Of a stretch of 55,262 nucleotides of DNA, positions 14,829 through 23,228 are shown piece by piece. Where the stretch lies: contig CAYOIN010000001.1 of NCBI GenBank assembly GCA_964404095.1, positions 1-55,262 on the forward strand. The letters are read 5' to 3'. The notes beneath the pieces are model-generated. The model worked only from the letters and a program-made list of their open reading frames with translations. It did not search any database and had not been told where the DNA came from. This stretch comes from an uncultured Gammaproteobacteria bacterium (GTDB lineage: Bacteria; Patescibacteriota; Microgenomatia; UBA1406; GWC2-37-13). The translations under genes were made by a program, and so were the position numbers. Numbering within the stretch: the first letter of the stretch is position 1; each line of letters opens with the position of its first letter.

Positions 14829-15446
14829 ATGAACACCTATGTCCTAGACACCAATCTGTTTTTCAATATGGACGCCAAGCTCGGATTCGGCCACACAACA
14901 AAAGAGGTTATAAGTGGTCTCACCGAGGCAATGCGGCGATCGAGTACGTCGAAGCAGTCAAAATTTGTTATGTCGCCTCGAATTGTCGATGAGGTGATGA
15001 GTTTTTTTGATGCGGGCGATGACCAAGGGTTTAAGAATCTCCTACAGTACGTTGAGGTGCGGTCGCCCGACCTTGGAAAAAATCCAGTGCACCTACAGTT
15101 CGTGTATGAGCTCATCGACGACGTTCGAAAACGAAGCTACCGCGGACTACAGATTGCCGAGGAAGAGCTCGAGGAGATGGCACAGCACATGATGGGAAAG
15201 GAATCGCTTCAGAAGAAGGAGTTTCAGATGGCGGTCGGCCCAAAGATTAAAGGATTGCGCGATCGGTACCGTCAGGCGACTCGAGCGGGATTTCTTGATA
15301 GTCTGGCTGATTTTGATCTCCTGGCATTAGCGAAGGAGGAAGCTGGGTATATTGTAACGACTGACGAAGGGGTGAAGCAATGGGGGCGGAAGTTTGGGGT
15401 AAAGGAGATTCTTCCTGAGGTGTTTGTAAAGCAACTGGCGGCCTAG
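14829..15446 (+). CDS. PIN-like protein resembling RNA-free RNase P (HARP; MJ_0950/UPF0278 family)
   Basis: ORF 14751-15446 trimmed to ATG 14829, which has TGcTATTAT 6 nt upstream. 205 aa. MNTYVLDTNLF (D7) and LRDRYRQATRAGFLDSLADFDLLALAKEEAGYIVTTDEG (D157, D161, D179) match my recollection of the HARP acidic tetrad and its spacing. Confidence 0.6.
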   Translation: MNTYVLDTNLFFNMDAKLGFGHTTKEVISGLTEAMRRSSTSKQSKFVMSPRIVDEVMSFFDAGDDQGFKNLLQYVEVRSPDLGKNPVHLQFVYELIDDVRKRSYRGLQIAEEELEEMAQHMMGKESLQKKEFQMAVGPKIKGLRDRYRQATRAGFLDSLADFDLLALAKEEAGYIVTTDEGVKQWGRKFGVKEILPEVFVKQLAA

Positions 15447-15945
15447 ATTCACCCTCATCATTGGGCACAAGCGCAGAGAACCACTCAACAAGGCGATCGG
15501 TCATGGTTTTTTGCGGATCTTCACGATACATTACATGCTTCGCCAGCTGCTCTGAGACGAGATTTTTTGTCGCTGTATCCGGAATAACAAGGTACATATG
15601 GTGATAGAACGGCGGTACGCTCACCAACACCAAGATATCGTACCCAAAGCGATTGGTATAAAAAAAGTATCCAAGATCATCCCACTCAACCACCACACCG
15701 CCGGTTTCAACCCCAAACTTTGTAATGCGATTTTCGATTTCTGGGGGTGGAGTGACGGTAAACACATAGAAAATAAACAACAGCGCGGCAACCGGCACAA
15801 TCACAATTTTGTCACCAAAGAACAGAAGTATAAGTGAGATGAGTACCGCCAACGCGATGTAGAAGCGAATAACCGCCGAACTGCGTCGAATGTACGGCCT
15901 CAGCGGAGCCTTCCACCGGAACAGTATTTGGGGGTTGTCCTGCAT
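15247..15945 (-). CDS. Hypothetical two-TM membrane protein with a P/Q-rich tail
   Basis: 232-aa ORF with two adjacent TM helices (FYIALAVLISLILLFF, VIVPVAALLFIFYVFTV). The last ~65 codons overlap the 3-prime end of the convergent PIN-like gene. Confidence 0.55.
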   Translation of the reverse strand: MQDNPQILFRWKAPLRPYIRRSSAVIRFYIALAVLISLILLFFGDKIVIVPVAALLFIFYVFTVTPPPEIENRITKFGVETGGVVVEWDDLGYFFYTNRFGYDILVLVSVPPFYHHMYLVIPDTATKNLVSEQLAKHVMYREDPQKTMTDRLVEWFSALVPNDEGESRPPVALQTPQEESPLPQTSAPIASPLRQSLQYTQLPPSLMPGDQNQPDYQEIPLESPDGTDRAIL

Positions 15946-16042
15946 AGGATCAGTGTAGCATAGAGAGATATCGAAATTCTAAACAATACGAACGAAGCGT
16001 GTGATTATTGAATTAACTATCTTATAGTGTTATAATACGAGC

Positions 16043-16414
16043 ATGAGTGGTTTTAATAAGATAACCTCATTTGTTCTCGGGCTCATCGTGGTCTTGGTTT
16101 TTTTGCTTGTGTTCGGATCACGAATTAATCTCAGCGATAAGCTCGTTGCCTTCAGAGATAAGAATGTGACCCCAACCCCTACTCTATCGGTTAGTCCAAC
16201 TCCAAAGAAGGGTTTCTTTGAGTCGTTGTTCAGCACGAAACCAACGGTGACCCCAACCCCCACAGACACCACAACTCCAGCAAGTCAACCAGAAGGTGGC
16301 GCGCAGAGCGTCGCTTCTCAACCGAAGAACATTCCAAATACCGGCCCCGCACTTCTCTTCCCAATCGCGATCGCTGCGTTTGGTTCAGGATTGTATCTTC
16401 GCAAAAAAAACTAA
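16043..16414 (+). CDS. Small Thr/Pro-rich surface protein with a sortase-type C-terminal sorting signal
   Basis: 123 aa. N-terminal TM/signal ITSFVLGLIVVLVFLLVF, a TPTPT-rich linker, and C-terminal IPNTG followed by a hydrophobic helix and RKKN. Confidence 0.6.
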   Translation: MSGFNKITSFVLGLIVVLVFLLVFGSRINLSDKLVAFRDKNVTPTPTLSVSPTPKKGFFESLFSTKPTVTPTPTDTTTPASQPEGGAQSVASQPKNIPNTGPALLFPIAIAAFGSGLYLRKKN

Positions 16415-16463
16415 ATCGGGCCTGATCTTCGACGCCGATTCTTAATCTCAGCTATAATAAAGC

Positions 16464-18143
16464 ATGCGTAAACTGCTTCAGATTTTTCTTTCTGTGTTCT
16501 TTGTGTTTGTTATGGTTTTTGCGGCGCGCGCAGACGAACTGGATGACATTACCTCACAGCTTAATGCTCTTCAAGCAGAGGTGCAAAGTAAAGAAGCGAA
16601 TAAGGCAGATCTCGTGAAGCAGATCGACGGAATCCGAGGGCGCGTTCAGGCGATCGGCGCGGAGGTTGTAAAGAAGGAACAGGCCGTTGCAGAAGGAGAA
16701 AAAAACCTTACCAAACAAAAGAAGTTGCTCAATGAACGTGCGCGATCATACTATAAAAACATAAATAAAAGCGGCTCCGCGCTTATCTATCTTCTCATCG
16801 CAGAGAACCTTTCCGATTCCCTACAGAATTTTTTCTACCAGAAAGTTGTTGTAGATGAGGACCGAAACGCTATTGTAAAGATAGTTCTGTATATCAAAAA
16901 TCTTGAGGATGCGAAACAGTCTCTTGTAAATGAAAAAACTCAGCTCGCTGCAATTAATAAACAGCTCGACGCGCAAACACAGGCACTCGAAGGTGAGATT
17001 GCAGGCGCACGATCAAAGATAGCGCAACTTTCCGCTCAACAGCAATCTCTTATCGCAGCAAAACTCTCTAGTCTTAATATTCCTCGTTCAGCGGGAACAT
17101 CAGCAAGAGGTTGTACGGACGATCGAGGTGTGAATCCGGGCTTTTCACCCAGGCTCGCGTTCTTTTCTTTTGGTGCACCCCATAGAGTCGGTCTTAATCA
17201 ATATGGGGCAAAAGGCAGGGCTGAAGACGGAAAATCAACGGAGGACATTCTTAGAGCGTATTTCAATTTTGATGAACTAAGAGATGACTCAAGCGTTCGA
17301 ATAAGGGTTGATGGGTATGAGGAGTACGAGATCGAGACATACCTAAAAGGAATTCGGGAAATGCCCGCAACATGGCCGGCAGCGGCACTTGAAGCACAGG
17401 CAATTGCGGCTAGGTCATACGCCGTGGCATACACCAACAGAGGTTCAGGTTCAATTTGCGCCAGTGAGAGTTGTCAGGTCTTTAGTCCTCCGAACGACCG
17501 GAACGATGGATGGACACAGGCGGTGGAGAATACGAGAGGTAAGGTTATGTATCAAGGTGGAAATCCAATAAAAGCATGGTTCGCATCCACACATGGTGGC
17601 TATGTATTTTCTTCCGCAGAGGTTTGGGGTGGAGCTACGGGTTACACGAAGCATGCCACAGATACCAAATCTGGCACTGCCGGTGGTTTTGAGGACTTGC
17701 AAAATAATGCTTACGACAAATCATCACCATGGTTCTACTGCGACTGGGGTTCGAGAGGCGAATATTCAAATACCGCGTGGTTGAAGCCGTCCGAAGTTGC
17801 AGATATTTTTAACGTAATCCTACTGGTAAGGGCCGATTCTTCGAACAAGTGTTTTGTCTACCAGCCAGACAAATCCCCCCCATCTCCAGATGGAAATGAG
17901 TGTACAAGTACAGGGAACTGGAGTCCGGACGAGGTTAAATCAAAACTAAGATCAAAAGGAATAACCCCACTCGATACGGTAGATAGTGTTTCAATTAGTG
18001 CGGATTTCGGTTATGGAAAAGTGAATAATGTGTCTGCGGGTGGAGTTAGTGCTTCTGGAGACGAATTTAAAAACTGGTTCAATCTCCGAGCTCCTGCAAA
18101 TATTCAGATCGTCGGTCCGCTCTTCAATGTTGAGACCCAGTAA
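16464..18143 (+). CDS. SpoIID/LytB-domain protein with an N-terminal coiled coil
   Basis: 559 aa with a signal peptide and a long coiled coil (LNALQAEVQSKE...). The SpoIID-type core includes NQYGAKGRA and ALEAQAIAARSYA. Confidence 0.75.
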   Translation: MRKLLQIFLSVFFVFVMVFAARADELDDITSQLNALQAEVQSKEANKADLVKQIDGIRGRVQAIGAEVVKKEQAVAEGEKNLTKQKKLLNERARSYYKNINKSGSALIYLLIAENLSDSLQNFFYQKVVVDEDRNAIVKIVLYIKNLEDAKQSLVNEKTQLAAINKQLDAQTQALEGEIAGARSKIAQLSAQQQSLIAAKLSSLNIPRSAGTSARGCTDDRGVNPGFSPRLAFFSFGAPHRVGLNQYGAKGRAEDGKSTEDILRAYFNFDELRDDSSVRIRVDGYEEYEIETYLKGIREMPATWPAAALEAQAIAARSYAVAYTNRGSGSICASESCQVFSPPNDRNDGWTQAVENTRGKVMYQGGNPIKAWFASTHGGYVFSSAEVWGGATGYTKHATDTKSGTAGGFEDLQNNAYDKSSPWFYCDWGSRGEYSNTAWLKPSEVADIFNVILLVRADSSNKCFVYQPDKSPPSPDGNECTSTGNWSPDEVKSKLRSKGITPLDTVDSVSISADFGYGKVNNVSAGGVSASGDEFKNWFNLRAPANIQIVGPLFNVETQ

Positions 18144-19071
18144 GTTTTTTGAGGAGGGAGAGGGTAAGGAGCGATCCGAGAGAAACAATGAGAAACTGTA
18201 CGCTCCACGGGAACCATATCTGAGCTGCTCGGAGTACGGTAAGGATTAAAAAGTGAATGAAGAAGAGCTCATAAGAGTTTGTTCCAACGTAGGAAATAAA
18301 TCTGCGCGCTGCACTGCCCCCGGGTATATATGGAATAGTCTTTATAAGCACAAGGATCCAGAGCGCTCCATAGGATAGGTAATAAATGTTTGGCGGATAT
18401 TTATTGTCAAAGAAACGCATTGAAGATGATGTTGCGGTGAGGTAAGCGCCAGACGCCAGAAATAAGACCAAGGAAGTAAGAGACGGCACAGCCCATTTTT
18501 TATGCACGGCGATGTACCATGAAAAAAGCATGACGAGCGACCACGGGAGCCACATGATATGTTTGTAGCTTGTAATATGCATCCCGAGAAATATCACGCT
18601 CGAAGCAACTGCGACTGTGCAAAATATCCAAAAGAGCGTCCGGTATTTACTGAAGAGCCAGACGACTACTGGGCCAAGAATAGCCATCTGTAGGAACAGG
18701 AGGACTGCCCAGTTGAAGTCTGGACCACCGGTTAAGGTAATGCTCTGAAGAATATAGAGCGGACTGAGCGATTTTTTTGTGAGGAGATTTTCCACCGGGA
18801 GGTATACGAGGAGAAAGAGGTAGTACGGTGCCAGAAGCCGGAACGCTCGCCTAAGTACAGCTGCGATCGAAAATGTTGTCCGCGAGGAGAGGTGCTTCAT
18901 CGCAAAGACATACCCTGAGCAAAATACGAACACCTGTACCGCAAACTGAGAATAGTTCCAAAGAAACGATGCGAGAGCGCTGGTCCGATACCATGCGGTG
19001 ATATGGATGAGGATCATGGCGATGATCCCGATACCCCGGAGGACATCGATGTCATTATTGCGGTTTTTCAC
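18124..19071 (-). CDS. Acyltransferase family 3-like integral membrane protein
   Basis: 315 aa with about 9-10 TM helices. The N-terminus DIDVLRGIGIIAMILIHI is typical of Acyltransferase_3/DUF1624 proteins. GTG start. Confidence 0.7.
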   Translation of the reverse strand: MKNRNNDIDVLRGIGIIAMILIHITAWYRTSALASFLWNYSQFAVQVFVFCSGYVFAMKHLSSRTTFSIAAVLRRAFRLLAPYYLFLLVYLPVENLLTKKSLSPLYILQSITLTGGPDFNWAVLLFLQMAILGPVVVWLFSKYRTLFWIFCTVAVASSVIFLGMHITSYKHIMWLPWSLVMLFSWYIAVHKKWAVPSLTSLVLFLASGAYLTATSSSMRFFDNKYPPNIYYLSYGALWILVLIKTIPYIPGGSAARRFISYVGTNSYELFFIHFLILTVLRAAQIWFPWSVQFLIVSLGSLLTLSLLKKLTGSQH

Positions 19072-19093
19072 AATTTCTGATAGTATAAACGAT

Positions 19094-19417
19094 ATGGGAG
19101 CAAAAGATATAACTCAGGACGCATTCAAGCAAGAAGTCCTCGAAAAAAAAGGATTGGTTTTTGTTGATTTTCATGCAGAGTGGTGTGGACCGTGTAAGAT
19201 GACCGGCCCCATCATCGACCAGCTCTCGGGCGAAATGAACGATGTTGCATTCGTCAAAGTAGACGTTGACCAAAACGCAAATCTCGCTTCCCAATATTCC
19301 GTATTTTCAATTCCAACCTTCATCATCTTTAAAGATGGTAAGGTTGTCAATCAGTTCGTCGGTGCGATGGGGAAAGAAGGATTTCAGAAAGAAATCGACA
19401 AAGCGAAGTCTTCATAA
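19094..19417 (+). CDS. trxA: Thioredoxin
   Basis: ORF 18998-19417 trimmed to ATG 19094. 107 aa with the WCGPC active site and the VDVDQN...SIPT..F.G pattern. Confidence 0.9.
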   Translation: MGAKDITQDAFKQEVLEKKGLVFVDFHAEWCGPCKMTGPIIDQLSGEMNDVAFVKVDVDQNANLASQYSVFSIPTFIIFKDGKVVNQFVGAMGKEGFQKEIDKAKSS

Positions 19418-19420
19418 CAG

Positions 19421-19807
19421 CTACGCAGACTGTACTCGTTTTACTCCAGCAGACGACCGCTTTAGCACGACGCCCATCTGGCGCAGTTTATAGGTAAGGA
19501 ATTCAGACAGCCATCTCCAGGATGAACCAATCGGTTTTCTCATTCCGGTTACGATCTGCTCATCTGAAATTGGGAATGTTACATTCGGAACAACCGGGCG
19601 ATCATCTGAGGTGGTAACGCCCATCGCTCGCACATCTGGTGGAATCTGCTGAGCATCTCGCCGTTGTATGTACTGAGCGACATCTGGTGAAAGTGATGGC
19701 TCGGACTGAGGAGTTAGGACTTCATTATGGAGTGAGGAAGGGACTATTGGTTGTCCTTCTTTTGTTGGTCCAAGAACTCCGGAAAGAGGTGTATGCGATA
19801 CTGGCAT
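19421..19807 (-). CDS. Hypothetical protein
   Basis: 128-aa ORF, the last gene of the minus-strand nrdR-to-19421 gene string. No recognisable motif. Confidence 0.45.
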   Translation of the reverse strand: MPVSHTPLSGVLGPTKEGQPIVPSSLHNEVLTPQSEPSLSPDVAQYIQRRDAQQIPPDVRAMGVTTSDDRPVVPNVTFPISDEQIVTGMRKPIGSSWRWLSEFLTYKLRQMGVVLKRSSAGVKRVQSA

Positions 19808-19816
19808 ACAATCATC

Positions 19817-21115
19817 TTAGCAGACCTCGTTCCCCTTTTTTGCCCATTCGTCTCGCGTAATCTTACAGGACGGGCACTGATTCCCAATCGGACCGGTCGC
19901 CTCTGCACCGCAGTTTGGGCAGACAAAGTTTTTTGACTCATTACTCTTGAGGAGCTGTTGTAGGACGTTGCCCTGAGTAAGCAGTCGATACAGGGAGCTG
20001 GTTGGCTGTACTACCGAATCGATACCGTTCGCAATGCCGAGCAATGCCTCGATATCGCTTCGATTTACCTCGCTCCCACCGCACGCTCCCATGAGTGATA
20101 TCTTTCCATTTGACTGTACCGAAGAGTGGTTGAGAATCAACTGAAGATAGATCTGGGCAAGGGCATTCTTATCGGTAAGTTTGCGAGGGTCAATGGAGTC
20201 TACCAGACGATCGAATTCGTTCGGTTTCTGCTCGTCGAGGTTGTGAAATGCCTCAACGAGCCGCGCGGTCAGGCCGCGCACCGTTAATGGATCGCGGCGC
20301 TGTTCGGCCTTGCCTCGATATACGACACCGTCCTTCCAGTTCTGCGAAGCGAAATCGAGGATCGAGCCGGAAAATGCTCCTGGACTTTGAATGAGGGTAG
20401 TGATTCGATCGTAGTCCGAAAGTGCGGCATCTGCCTCTGCGAATGCCTCAGGAAGGAACTGTCGTATTGCACTCTCACCTTCGGGGTCTACCTTCACGGC
20501 AACGCCGGTAATTTTCTCTCCATCGAAGTTCATGACGTATAGTTGGCCGTAGATAAACGGCACGTTCCGATAGGGATTGTCCAAGCTCTGATCGAGCGTG
20601 GCAGGACCGGCAGGGCTCAACCAAAAGACCGTGGCTTCCGGATTATGAAATAGAATGTCGGTAGCTTTCTTAAACCCGATCTGCGGAGTGCCATCTCGCT
20701 CTCGTGGGTCAAACTGATGTTCGAATCGATGAATCGGCTGTCGGTCGGGGTGATTAAAAACATTCCCCTCACCATCGAAATAATAATGATATCGATGTGA
20801 AACTGGAATGTCGTCCAGCACCTCACCCTTAAAGCCTTCAAGATTGCGCGCGAGCTCTCTCCTGCGTTGCTCGATGTCGAGCTGGGAGAGCCGGAGTGCT
20901 TCATTGGGGTCGAAGCTCAGCGGACCGATGGTCTCACCGACACGTGCAGCTGCGAAGGTTGTAGGAATGGGGGTTCGTCTGTGTTCGAGTGGCGGTGGCA
21001 TAACGGTTTCCCTGCGTCGGGGAACGGACACTATCTGGAGAGTTTTCCGGCTGGTCCTCCGTAGGAGGGTTATACGGTTGCGGCACAGTCGCTGAGTCTC
21101 ACAGCGTTGCCTCAT
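19817..21115 (-). CDS. Hypothetical protein with a C-terminal zinc ribbon
   Basis: 432-aa ORF; an alternative ATG at 21001 would remove the Arg-rich first 38 aa. C-terminal CPNCG-x13-CPSC. No other motif recognised. Confidence 0.55.
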   Translation of the reverse strand: MRQRCETQRLCRNRITLLRRTSRKTLQIVSVPRRRETVMPPPLEHRRTPIPTTFAAARVGETIGPLSFDPNEALRLSQLDIEQRRRELARNLEGFKGEVLDDIPVSHRYHYYFDGEGNVFNHPDRQPIHRFEHQFDPRERDGTPQIGFKKATDILFHNPEATVFWLSPAGPATLDQSLDNPYRNVPFIYGQLYVMNFDGEKITGVAVKVDPEGESAIRQFLPEAFAEADAALSDYDRITTLIQSPGAFSGSILDFASQNWKDGVVYRGKAEQRRDPLTVRGLTARLVEAFHNLDEQKPNEFDRLVDSIDPRKLTDKNALAQIYLQLILNHSSVQSNGKISLMGACGGSEVNRSDIEALLGIANGIDSVVQPTSSLYRLLTQGNVLQQLLKSNESKNFVCPNCGAEATGPIGNQCPSCKITRDEWAKKGNEVC

Positions 21116-21171
21116 CCAAACAAATTACAAACCCTTATACGATACTCCACACTGTGTGAAAATGCAATCAA

Positions 21172-22671
21172 TTATGGAGTCTTGACGCCGAGCGGAACCA
21201 CACCGGATACGCAGTGAAAACAACCACCCGAGGTTTCGACGGCGTGAGCTATATTCGGGTCGAGTCGTCGAATAACCGAGATGTAGTCATTTCTGTTCTG
21301 AAACCGGACCGATAACGGCTTGCCGGGTGCGAGCCACTCCGCTACGCGCGTTGGGAATCCCTCGGGATCTTCTCGCCCCCCAAGTTTATGAAACAAGAGC
21401 TCCTCATGTTTTGACATATCGATGCCCCAATGGCACGGATCGGTTACCGGAGGCATACCGGACACGAGGGTAATTTCCTTTGCTTCAAGTTCGAAGAGTG
21501 CGCCAATGATTCCCTGCGTAGTAAATCCACGTACGATCGAGTCATCTACCACGACAAGCCGCCGATTGGCGATAGCGGCACGATCAAACCCAAAGCTTCG
21601 AAGCGCAGACTCGACGCGCTGTTCTGGAGTTTCGGGCTTGATAAAGTTACGTCCTCCATAGCGATTCTTACCAATCGCAGGATCATACGGAAGGTTAAGT
21701 TGATTGGCAAGTCCGAGTGCATAATCGTTCCCAGAGTTTGGGACCGGGACCACGAGATCTGCATCGATAGCTCCCCCAACCTCACTCTGCCATCTCTGTG
21801 CAATGGTTACACCAAGCGACTGTCGTACTCTTCGATTTGATCGATCACGCTCATCTCTTGAGTTCGGATCCTGGAAGTACACCGGCTCAAATGAACAGTT
21901 CGCGCTCGGAAGTTGATCGGCACGCGGATCTCGCCAGAGCTCATGAATTCCATCAGGAGTGAGTTCATACAGTCGACCTCGTTCAACCCGCTCGATATAC
22001 CGGGCGCCAGCCTTGTCGAGCGCGATTGTCTCGGACGCAAAGATCGCTCCTACATCGTCAGGAAGGAGTCCTACCACCCCTGGTTTGAAGCCCCATGGAT
22101 CAGAAGCGATATAGATGCGTCCATCGCTGTCGAGGAAGGTGAGCATATATGCCCCATTCAGTGTATGGAGTACTCGAGATACGCGTTTCGATAACGGTAG
22201 ATTTGGATCTTCTTGTGCGATCCGCTCCCCAATTGCGTAGGTGTCGCTGGTAGGTGTTTCGCGCGAGTAACCCTGGGTCGGAATGGTGGGAACGTTCCCG
22301 TTGTGGGCTACCGCGAAGTCTCGGAAAACAAAGGGCTGACGATTGTTCTGCTTATCTGCAGCGCGATCTCCGGAGGTCGCATACCGAGTATGGCCAATAA
22401 TGGCCGATGTAGAACCAACTGTTTGTAGCGCTTCAGTCGGTAGCGCCTGTGGCCTCAAACCATCCCCACGAAGATAGCCGATATCGCCGTCTGCCAGATG
22501 CCAAGCAACTCCAGCTCCCTCCTCACCTCTGTGTTGTAATGCATCGAGTCCGAATACCGTTCGAGTGAATGCATCATGCGAGGGCGTCCGTAGTCGAACA
22601 GCGACCAGTGCGCAGTGCTCACGCAGTTCTCTTTCTTGATACTCTCCCCTTACTGGTATTTCCCTTCTCAC
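21172..22671 (-). CDS. purF: Amidophosphoribosyltransferase (PurF-type, class II glutamine amidotransferase + PRTase)
   Basis: 499 aa. Propeptide then the nucleophile Cys (EHCALVAV), GHTRYATSG, the PRPP loop VVVDDSIVRGFT, and Fe-S type cysteines (NCSF, DPCHWG, CFHC). Confidence 0.8.
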   Translation of the reverse strand: MRREIPVRGEYQERELREHCALVAVRLRTPSHDAFTRTVFGLDALQHRGEEGAGVAWHLADGDIGYLRGDGLRPQALPTEALQTVGSTSAIIGHTRYATSGDRAADKQNNRQPFVFRDFAVAHNGNVPTIPTQGYSRETPTSDTYAIGERIAQEDPNLPLSKRVSRVLHTLNGAYMLTFLDSDGRIYIASDPWGFKPGVVGLLPDDVGAIFASETIALDKAGARYIERVERGRLYELTPDGIHELWRDPRADQLPSANCSFEPVYFQDPNSRDERDRSNRRVRQSLGVTIAQRWQSEVGGAIDADLVVPVPNSGNDYALGLANQLNLPYDPAIGKNRYGGRNFIKPETPEQRVESALRSFGFDRAAIANRRLVVVDDSIVRGFTTQGIIGALFELEAKEITLVSGMPPVTDPCHWGIDMSKHEELLFHKLGGREDPEGFPTRVAEWLAPGKPLSVRFQNRNDYISVIRRLDPNIAHAVETSGGCFHCVSGVVPLGVKTP

Positions 22672-23188
22672 GATTTTTTCTCAGTCGGCCAACTCGTCGC
22701 TCGGTACTTTTCGACTGCATTCTTGCAATAGTGAAGAACAGGTCGGACAGGCGATTGAGATATGCGACTATTATAGTATGAGTTCTGAGAGATACAACCC
22801 TTCTTTCTGCGGTTCGTGTAACTACTCTAAGGATATGAAAAAGTGAGGATCCAATCGTCCCACCTGGGAGAATAAAACTATCTAACGGAGGCAGTTCTGT
22901 TGTGATGTGATCGATCTTTTGTTCAAAATCTTTAGTTCGATCGCCAAGAAACGCTATAGGGATATCTGCTCCGGCGATTTTTGCCATGATTTGATAGAGA
23001 TCGCTCTGTATTTTTTCGAGCTCCTCTACGACCGACCGGTCGGTTATCTGGAGAGCAACATATCCGATCCATGAACTCAGTTCATCTATGCTACCTGAGG
23101 CCTCAATGGCACGGTCCGCCTTTGAGACCCGCTTCCCTCCCCAGACACTCGTCGTCCCCTTATCTCCAGTGCGCGTATATATAGCCAT
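22619..23188 (-). CDS. ATP:cob(I)alamin adenosyltransferase, PduO type
   Basis: MAIYTRTGDKGTTSVWGGKRVSKADRAIEASGSIDELSSWIGY is the hallmark PduO/MMAB N-terminus. 189 aa. The 3-prime end overlaps the purF start by 53 nt. Confidence 0.85.
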   Translation of the reverse strand: MAIYTRTGDKGTTSVWGGKRVSKADRAIEASGSIDELSSWIGYVALQITDRSVVEELEKIQSDLYQIMAKIAGADIPIAFLGDRTKDFEQKIDHITTELPPLDSFILPGGTIGSSLFHILRVVTRTAERRVVSLRTHTIIVAYLNRLSDLFFTIARMQSKSTERRVGRLRKNREKGNTSKGRVSRKRTA

Positions 23189-23228
23189 AATGTTTCTTTT
23201 TCCACCTCAGCGCACGAGCGGCTGCCAA

